64,000 bases of DNA, from positions 186,001 to 250,000 of IMG/VR virus record IMGVR_UViG_3300035661_000001; one strand, written 5' to 3'. Shown piece after piece: positions 57,465 to 64,000 of the stretch. The notes under the pieces were generated by a model that ran no database searches, was not told the DNA's origin, and saw only the letters and a program-made list of their open reading frames with translations. How positions within the stretch are numbered: position 1 is the first letter of the stretch; each line of letters begins with the position of its first letter. The translations under genes were made by a program, and so were the position numbers.

Positions 57465-58151
57465 ATGGACTTAAATAACATTTTGTTTCGGTGTAATATT
57501 TGCGGAGAACATAAAAAATATGATTTATTCAAAAAAGTAAGATATCCTAAAAAATGTCTAGAATGCATTATAAAAATAAGAAAAGAATATGATAAAAATA
57601 GATATAATCCTGAAAAAGATAAACTATATAGAGAAAAAAATAAAGAGATAATAAAAAAACGTAAAAATAGATATTATCTCGAAAATAAAGAAGAAATTGA
57701 TACGAAAAATAAGAATTATAATAATTTGCACAAGGCGAAATTAAAAGAATATCAAAATATTTGGATTAAAGATAAAAGAGATAATGATCCTGCTTTTAAA
57801 TTAAGAAATAATTTTTCAAAAATGATTGGATATTATTTAATAAAAAATAATTCTAATAAAAACAGAAATAGTATATTAAAATACTTGCCGTATACACCGG
57901 ATGATTTGAAATTATATATTGAAAATCAATTTGAGTCATGGATGACTTGGGACAATTACGGAAAGTATAATTACAAAACTTGGAATGACGATGATTCCTC
58001 AACATGGGTATGGAATATTGACCATATCATACCACAATCAAGCCTTCCATATACCTCTATGGAAGATGAAAATTTTAAAAAATGCTGGGCATTAGAAAAT
58101 TTAAGACCCTATTCAGCCAAACAAAATTTATTAGATGGAGATAGAAAATGA
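57465..58151 (+). CDS. HNH-type homing endonuclease, paralog of 55034
   Basis: WNIDHIIPQS.LPY.SMED.NFKKCW.L.NLRP. Confidence 0.75.
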   Translation: MDLNNILFRCNICGEHKKYDLFKKVRYPKKCLECIIKIRKEYDKNRYNPEKDKLYREKNKEIIKKRKNRYYLENKEEIDTKNKNYNNLHKAKLKEYQNIWIKDKRDNDPAFKLRNNFSKMIGYYLIKNNSNKNRNSILKYLPYTPDDLKLYIENQFESWMTWDNYGKYNYKTWNDDDSSTWVWNIDHIIPQSSLPYTSMEDENFKKCWALENLRPYSAKQNLLDGDRK

Positions 58152-58462
58152 AAGAATCAAATAAAGAAGATACATTGTTTCCCGAAAAATATGCCAAAGT
58201 ATTAAAGGATCTTCCTGAATTTAAAGAAGCGGCAGATGGATCTAGCAAAGAAGATTTGAATAAAATAATAATTTCATGTGAAGGAAATTTATATATTATT
58301 GAAAAAGAAAAAGCATCGGATGTTAAATTGAATGCCGCAAAAGAAATAATGAAAGATATTTCAGCGCCATACAGGGATGCCGCAAAGGTTCAAACAGCGA
58401 AGATTAAATATGCTTTGTTTTTACTTGAGGGCAAGGGTGTTGAAGTAGGAGATAAAGAATAA
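58148..58462 (+). CDS. Hypothetical protein
   Basis: ORF track. Confidence 0.6.
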   Translation: MKESNKEDTLFPEKYAKVLKDLPEFKEAADGSSKEDLNKIIISCEGNLYIIEKEKASDVKLNAAKEIMKDISAPYRDAAKVQTAKIKYALFLLEGKGVEVGDKE

Positions 58463-58464
58463 TT

Positions 58465-58752
58465 ATGAGTATACCAAAAGCAAAAGAAATGAAAGATTTG
58501 GCGGATAAGATATTATCTGAACGTAGCCCAGAAGGACAATTTGAAGAGCTAATAGCGGAAAGAATTTTAAAGGAAGCTTCAGATGGTAAAAAATTATTAG
58601 AAATCGATTGGCCAAAAGACATAACTAATGTTCCTTATTCTGATACTGCACCAATAGTAGAGATCCCCCAAAAACTAAGAAATTTAGGATATGAGGTTTT
58701 TCCTAACCCGTCATATGAAATTAATAAATTAACAATAAAATGGCGGCAGTGA
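58465..58752 (+). CDS. Hypothetical protein
   Basis: ORF track. Confidence 0.55.
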   Translation: MSIPKAKEMKDLADKILSERSPEGQFEELIAERILKEASDGKKLLEIDWPKDITNVPYSDTAPIVEIPQKLRNLGYEVFPNPSYEINKLTIKWRQ

Positions 58753-58785
58753 AAATATAAAGATTTATTGTTCAGGCATATGCAT

Positions 58786-58812
58786 AAATTTTCATTATGT
58801 TTATGAAAATTT
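58786..58812 (+). promoter_or_regulatory. 10-bp hairpin containing the ATG (58803) of an endonuclease gene
   Basis: AAATTTTCAT-tatgttt-ATGAAAATTT. Confidence 0.45.
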
Positions 58813-59717
58813 CTAATGAAAAATTTATGCAAAAAGCAAATATTATTCATGATAATAAATATCATTATAGTTTTAACGAATTAGGAAAATTACAAATAGT
58901 ATGCAAAATACATGGTGCATTTAAGCAACGAAAAGACTATCATTTAAAAGGTGGTGGTTGTAAAAAATGCGCCTGTATTTTGAATGCTAAGAATAAGATA
59001 AAAATAGCAAAAGAATCATTATCTATTGTAGGTAACAAATTACATAATAATAAATATGATTATTCAAAATCAATTTATATAAATAATAAAACAAAAATTA
59101 TTATTAGTTGTCCAATACATGGTCATTTTGAACAAACTCCATTGAGGCATTTGATATTAAAACAAGGTTGCCCTCAATGTGGTATTCATAAAATGAAATG
59201 TTCAAAAACAAAAAGTAATGAGGAATTTATTTGTTTAGCAAAAATGATTCATAGTAATAAATATGATTATAGCAAGGTTTCTTATAAAAAAAATAATATT
59301 AAAGTAATCATTATATGTTCAATTCATGGGGAATTTTTACAAAACCCAGAACATCATTTGAAAGGTAGTAATTGTCCAAGATGCGCAAGGAAATCATCTT
59401 CAAAATTAGAAGATGAATGGATATCTTCATTTAATATAAATAATGAATATAGACAATATAAAATAAATATAGATGATAAAAAATATAAAGTAGATGGTTA
59501 TGATCCAATTACCAATACTGTGTATGAATTTTATGGCGATTACTGGCATGGTAATCCTAAAAAATATCATCATGATGATATCAATGTCATTGCTCATAAA
59601 ACATATGGAGAGTTACATAGTCAAACAATTGAAAAAGAATTACATTTAAAATCACATGGTTATAAGTTGATAACTATTTGGGAATCTGATTTTTTATCAC
59701 AAAGAAATAAATTATGA
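58803..59717 (+). CDS. Putative homing endonuclease: DUF723-like Cys/His repeats plus a Vsr/PD-(D/E)XK-like domain
   Basis: Three YDYSK...I.C.IHG.F.Q...HL.G.CP.C repeats; KVDGYD..VYEFYGDYWHG; TIWE. Confidence 0.75.
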   Translation: MKISNEKFMQKANIIHDNKYHYSFNELGKLQIVCKIHGAFKQRKDYHLKGGGCKKCACILNAKNKIKIAKESLSIVGNKLHNNKYDYSKSIYINNKTKIIISCPIHGHFEQTPLRHLILKQGCPQCGIHKMKCSKTKSNEEFICLAKMIHSNKYDYSKVSYKKNNIKVIIICSIHGEFLQNPEHHLKGSNCPRCARKSSSKLEDEWISSFNINNEYRQYKINIDDKKYKVDGYDPITNTVYEFYGDYWHGNPKKYHHDDINVIAHKTYGELHSQTIEKELHLKSHGYKLITIWESDFLSQRNKL

Positions 59718-59992
59718 ATATTACTAAGTTTACAGTACAGGCTTGTTGTGGTAGACAATCAATTATTTTTAAAACTGATCAATCTATTTCACAAAAGGTT
59801 TTGGAAGACTTATTAAAGTCCGGATTCAATGAACATACTCACTTTACGAAGGCGGGTATTCTATATGTGGATAATTCGGACTTTATAATAACGGGTCCAA
59901 TAGGATCTGACCGCCTCCAGGTTAAGTGCAAAGCTGCTGAATGCAGTCAAAAACTTAATGATTTAGAGGAACTACTCAAAAAAATAGGATAA
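59714..59992 (+). CDS. Hypothetical protein
   Basis: ORF track. Confidence 0.6.
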   Translation: MNITKFTVQACCGRQSIIFKTDQSISQKVLEDLLKSGFNEHTHFTKAGILYVDNSDFIITGPIGSDRLQVKCKAAECSQKLNDLEELLKKIG

Positions 59993-60000
59993 ATATGCAT

Positions 60001-60060
60001 GGAACTCCTGTAAAAATCTATATAATATCAATTATTGAATCAGATGGCTACAGGAGTTCC
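60001..60060 (+). promoter_or_regulatory. 12-bp perfect inverted repeat sequestering an AGGAG SD, with TATAAT in the loop
   Basis: GGAACTCCTGTA-36 nt-TACAGGAGTTCC; TATAAT 60021-60026; ATG 60062. Confidence 0.6.
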
Positions 60061-60061
60061 G

Positions 60062-60700
60062 ATGGATCAATATAAATTTTTTAAAAACCACGATTTAGTT
60101 ATGTGCTGTTTTCATGAAGCTGGACATACAGTTTACGCTTTATTACATTTCATGAAAGTCAAAATGACACGTGTATTTGAAGATAAGAAAAATAAATATA
60201 TATGTGGCATAACTCATTTTGACCATCCAGCAGTTCCAGAAGAAGTAACTGATTTGGAATTATCTAAGGAATTAATGAAATCAGAGATTTGCGTAAGTTA
60301 CGCAGGTCTCGCAGCCGAAAAGTATCATTTTAAATCAATTTCTGGATCGGATAAATTTCCTGGTTCTTGGAAAAATGGTTCTAGTAGTGATACTTTGGCT
60401 GCCGCGGCATTGATTAAAAATTACAATTTAGCAGTGCCAGGCAGAAAAAGATATGTATACAAAAATAAACTAATAAAGAACACTCAAAAAGAATTGCAAA
60501 TACATTGGGATGCTGTTATTCAAATATCCCACGCTTTGTTTCAAAAGAAAAGATTGTATTACACAGACTTTAAAGACATATTAACCAAAAAAACTGAAGA
60601 TAAAGAATTTTGGAAAGAAAAGTTTAAAAATATTGACGATATTTTTGACGCGGATTATGATCTTGATGAGCAGACTTTAAAGTCTATTTTATGTGCATGA
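60062..60700 (+). CDS. Stand-alone M41-like (FtsH-type) zinc metallopeptidase domain
   Basis: FHEAGH, YAGLAAE, G.SSD, HW.AV..I..AL. Confidence 0.75.
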   Translation: MDQYKFFKNHDLVMCCFHEAGHTVYALLHFMKVKMTRVFEDKKNKYICGITHFDHPAVPEEVTDLELSKELMKSEICVSYAGLAAEKYHFKSISGSDKFPGSWKNGSSSDTLAAAALIKNYNLAVPGRKRYVYKNKLIKNTQKELQIHWDAVIQISHALFQKKRLYYTDFKDILTKKTEDKEFWKEKFKNIDDIFDADYDLDEQTLKSILCA

Positions 60701-60820
60701 TATAGTGGTTTAGAACTTGTATTCCCTGACAGACATACGACTTCTACTTTATTAGAAGGAAGTGCTTTTTTATAAGCCTGATATGTTGTGTTAAAATACT
60801 TTAACAATATAAGGTTACCT

Positions 60821-63800
60821 ATGACTGATTTTGTGTCTTTACATAATCAAACGTATTTCTCTATTTTGGATTCATTAGTTTCACCTAAAGAATTATTTCT
60901 TCGAGCCAAAGAATTAGGACAAACGGCAATTGCAATTACAGACCATGGAACATTAGCCTCTGCATGGGATGCTTTAAAAGCTTCCAGAGAAACAGGGGTT
61001 AAGTTAATTATGGGCTGCGAATGTTATTTCAAAAATTCAGCAGCATCAGTTGATGAAGAAAAATTTCGACATTTAATACTTTTAGCTAAAAATGCCGTTG
61101 GGTATCGTAATCTTTTAACTATTAATAAAAAAGGATTTGATCAAGGATTAAATACTGGTAAAAGAGTTTACCCAACTGTTGATTGGGCTTTATTAGAGAA
61201 ACATTCTGAAGGTTTAATTTGTCTTACTGCATGCGGTAATGGTATTATATCTCAATTACTTACTCATGGTAAGTTTGACGAAGCTGAAAAAACCCTTTTA
61301 AAACTAAAAAGTATTTTTCAAGATAATTTAGGCATTGAAATTCAACCTAATAATATGGATCGTGGATCGACTTTCTTTAGTGATAAGATTGATCAAAGAT
61401 TTTTGAATAGAAGATTAATTGAGTTGGGTAGCAAACATGATGTTAAAGTTATCGCTGCATGCAATACTCATTATTTGAAAAAAGAACATCATGATATTCA
61501 TGATGTTTTCTTAGCGATTGGATCGCATCAACCAAAATATTCTAATTTTAGATTGAAATATAATGTTCCTGATTTTTACCTTAAATCAGGAGAAGAAGTA
61601 AAAAATTTCTTTGCAAGGAATTTTGGAGAAGAGTTTTCTGAACAAATATGCGCGAATACTTTATATTTCTCTTCACTATGTGAAATTCCAGATTGGATTG
61701 ATCCGAAATTTTCAAATCCATCAGGAAAAGAATTGCCAATATTTCCAGTTAAATCCGAAGGAGATTATCAGACTTTTTTAAAATGGACAGAGACATTATC
61801 TGATGATTTGAAAAAATTGGAAGAAGATAAATTGTATCTTCGATACAAGTGTGTTATGAAATTTGATTCTAGAGTTAAAAACTTAACTGACGAACAATTA
61901 GTAACTTATCAGTTACGTATTGAAGAAGAGTTGGACGTATTAGAATATCACGGTTTTTCCAGTTACATGTTAATTGTTGCTGATTATATTGATTGGGCAA
62001 GAAGTAATGATATTGCTGTTGGTGAAGGTAGAGGTTCAGTAGGCGGTTCTTTGATAGCTTTCTTATTAGGCATTCATCAGGCAGATCCTATTAAATATAG
62101 TTTGATTTTCGCTAGATTTCATAATAAAGAAAAGTCAAGTTTCCCAGATATTGATACTGATTTCGCACCATCGGGTCGGGCATTAGTTCAAAATTATTTA
62201 AGAAATAAATATGGAGAAGATAATGTTGCTCACGTATCTAACGTAAATACAATTACACCAAAAGTTTATGTAAGAGATATTGCTCGTTCTTGTGAACTAG
62301 GTGGATCCAAAGAAGAAGCGATTAAGATAGGAAATGATGTAGCCGATTGTATTCCAGCAGATGTCCATTCTATTGATGATGCTTTTAATAGGGTTCCTCT
62401 TTTTGCGGAGTATTGCAAAAAATATCCAGAGTTCATTAAATACAAAGATATTTGCGGTAAGTTTCGTGCATGGAGCACTCATGCAGGAGGTATTATCATT
62501 TCAGCCAGACCATTAACTGGTTTAGTTCCATTACGTCGAGATAAAGATGGTGCCTTAGCTATTGAATACGATAAAGATAAAGCTGAAGAAAATGGTCTAG
62601 TTAAAATGGATACATTAGGCTTATCTACTTTGGATATCATTGGTCAAATAATGCAGTTAATTAAAGAGTCAGGCAAGGAAATGCCTCCTGATATTTTTGA
62701 TTATGAATCATACGATCAAGAAACTTACAAAGTAATTACATCTGGTGATACTTTTGGTGTATTTCAGTTGGGCACAAGCGGTGGTACTATTGATTTATGT
62801 CGTCGGATTAAACCAAAATCAATCAATGATATTAGTTACATAAATTCATTAGCTAGACCATCAGCCAGAGATATGCGTGATGATTTTATTTCCACCAAAG
62901 ATGGTAAAAAACCATTTGCTTTATTACATCCTACATTAGGAAGAGCTTTTAATAATACATATGGTTTCGGGTTGTATGAAGAATCATTAATGTATCTTGC
63001 TCAAGATGTAGCGGGTTGGAGTTTGCATTCTGCAGATCGTCTTAGAAAATTAACGAAAGAAAAAGGTAAAAATCCTAAAAAGGCTCAACAGTGGAGAAGT
63101 GAATTTATTGCTGATGGAATTAAAAATGATGTTCCTGAAGAAACTGTTAAGAGAATTTGGGATGAAGTTATCGATTTATTTCAGGGCTATGGTTTTAATC
63201 AGTCTCATAGTATTTTATACTCTATGACTAGTTATAAAACTGCTTATCTCAAAGCTCATTATCCTGTCGAATTTCTCATGGCTAATTTGATGGCAGAAGT
63301 AAAATCAAATACTCCTGATGCCAAACCAAACATTGAGAAAATCAAGAAAGAATTAAGAGATCGTAAGGTCAAGTTATTACCACCTGATATTAACAAGTCA
63401 CAATTATCTTATACTTTATTAGATGACAATCAATTATTAACAGGATTAGATTCTCTTAGAGATGTAGGTGATGATGCGATCAAAGATATTATTTCCAAAC
63501 GACCATTCAATAACTTTTTTGATTTCATGGTTAGAGTAGATTCCAGAAAAACTAGAGCTAATGCTATCGCGGCATTAGCTGCGGCGGGAAGTATGGATCA
63601 TTTTGGGATACCCAGAAAATTGATTTTTCTATATTGCTCAGATTATAGAAAAAAATTACAGGTTTGGTTGAAGAAACACGATCCAAAAGTAGAAGAATTT
63701 CAATATCCTTGGCCAAAAGAATCGGAATGGAAAATTCACGAGTTATATGCTCTAGAACAACATTATCTTGGAGAATCATTTGTATGTAAGTCAGCCGATG

Positions 63801-64000
63801 CTTATGGCAAATTCTTCAAAGAAGAACACGTGAATATTGCTACACTCAAAAAAGTAAAAGATAGATCTAGATTATTTCCAATTAGATGTATTGTTAGAAG
63901 CGTATTTGAATTAAGAGTAAAGAAAGAGACTAGCAAATTTTATGGTCAAACTATGGCAAAAGTTACATTAGAAGATGCTAACGGTGAACAATGTTCTTGT
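60821..64000 (+). CDS. dnaE: DNA polymerase III alpha subunit (partial, runs off the window end; not in ORF track)
   Basis: PHP domain (TDHG), GRGS, PDIDTD, HAGG, KMDTLGL, GYGFN.SHS, OB fold at the end; frame consistent wherever I spot-checked. Confidence 0.95.
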   Translation, partial: MTDFVSLHNQTYFSILDSLVSPKELFLRAKELGQTAIAITDHGTLASAWDALKASRETGVKLIMGCECYFKNSAASVDEEKFRHLILLAKNAVGYRNLLTINKKGFDQGLNTGKRVYPTVDWALLEKHSEGLICLTACGNGIISQLLTHGKFDEAEKTLLKLKSIFQDNLGIEIQPNNMDRGSTFFSDKIDQRFLNRRLIELGSKHDVKVIAACNTHYLKKEHHDIHDVFLAIGSHQPKYSNFRLKYNVPDFYLKSGEEVKNFFARNFGEEFSEQICANTLYFSSLCEIPDWIDPKFSNPSGKELPIFPVKSEGDYQTFLKWTETLSDDLKKLEEDKLYLRYKCVMKFDSRVKNLTDEQLVTYQLRIEEELDVLEYHGFSSYMLIVADYIDWARSNDIAVGEGRGSVGGSLIAFLLGIHQADPIKYSLIFARFHNKEKSSFPDIDTDFAPSGRALVQNYLRNKYGEDNVAHVSNVNTITPKVYVRDIARSCELGGSKEEAIKIGNDVADCIPADVHSIDDAFNRVPLFAEYCKKYPEFIKYKDICGKFRAWSTHAGGIIISARPLTGLVPLRRDKDGALAIEYDKDKAEENGLVKMDTLGLSTLDIIGQIMQLIKESGKEMPPDIFDYESYDQETYKVITSGDTFGVFQLGTSGGTIDLCRRIKPKSINDISYINSLARPSARDMRDDFISTKDGKKPFALLHPTLGRAFNNTYGFGLYEESLMYLAQDVAGWSLHSADRLRKLTKEKGKNPKKAQQWRSEFIADGIKNDVPEETVKRIWDEVIDLFQGYGFNQSHSILYSMTSYKTAYLKAHYPVEFLMANLMAEVKSNTPDAKPNIEKIKKELRDRKVKLLPPDINKSQLSYTLLDDNQLLTGLDSLRDVGDDAIKDIISKRPFNNFFDFMVRVDSRKTRANAIAALAAAGSMDHFGIPRKLIFLYCSDYRKKLQVWLKKHDPKVEEFQYPWPKESEWKIHELYALEQHYLGESFVCKSADAYGKFFKEEHVNIATLKKVKDRSRLFPIRCIVRSVFELRVKKETSKFYGQTMAKVTLEDANGEQCSC

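Noticed and set aside
3318-59717. Group I introns or inteins hosting the endonucleases
   Set aside because: Flanking genes are complete on each side and I recognised no split host gene or intein termini; the endonucleases appear free-standing
8258-60026. TATATA/GATATA as a phage late-promoter motif upstream of several genes
   Set aside because: Expected very often at this AT content; cannot be supported without motif statistics and transcription start data
2297-63779. Short antisense or alternative-frame ORFs in the track (e.g. 2297-2587, 3616-3888, 4620-4925, 40765-41046, 42800-43156, 49491-49901, 62266-62478, 63564-63779)
   Set aside because: They lie within well-supported genes on the other strand or frame and show no motifs
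1-64000. Genome-wide TAG reassignment (code 15)
   Set aside because: Long conserved genes read intact in code 11, ORF 5344-5802 ends at TAG before an intergenic gap, and no suppressor tRNA was seen; the TAG at 20838 is a local case
1-64000. Bacterial chromosome or eukaryotic giant virus origin
   Set aside because: The mix of T4-like Pnk/Rnl1, dNMP kinase, many homing endonucleases and unknown ORFs with isolated host-like genes, SD motifs and tmRNA fits a huge bacteriophage

Overview
An AT-rich (roughly 70% AT by eye), gene-dense, mostly + strand segment of a huge (jumbo) bacteriophage genome in genetic code 11. I found no rRNA and no CRISPR array. Modules in order: (1) RNA repair and redox: MoxR-like AAA, thioredoxin, PseT/Pnk, Rnl1, and a 5'-truncated second RNA ligase; (2) a family of paralogous hypothetical proteins sharing a basic-hydrophobic C-terminal motif; (3) two glycosylation clusters (methyltransferase-GT fusion, PglD/NeuD acetyltransferase, DegT aminotransferase, GT4, GT2); (4) Thg1-like gene, tRNA-Thr(UGU), a one-piece tmRNA (tag ANDNATAPYALAA), a GH73-like lysin and a PTH2-like gene whose SD-linked ATG is followed by TAG at codon 3; (5) host-takeover genes: Dps, two HU/IHF-like, DksA, a dead ClpR-like plus active ClpP pair, bS21, peptide deformylase with SEC-C, trigger factor, M41 peptidase domain; (6) replication and recombination: FtsK, TopA, MT-A70, primase zinc finger, Mre11/Rad50, dNMP kinase, PD-(D/E)XK nuclease, and DnaE (absent from the ORF track, runs off the window end). 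About 11 intact or decayed free-standing homing-type endonucleases are scattered through the window, several with hairpins over their translation start regions. The most striking system-level signal is a near-complete phage-encoded ribosome-rescue and nascent-chain pipeline, possibly with stop-codon control of its peptidyl-tRNA hydrolase. All protein calls come from motif recognition only; no database search was run.
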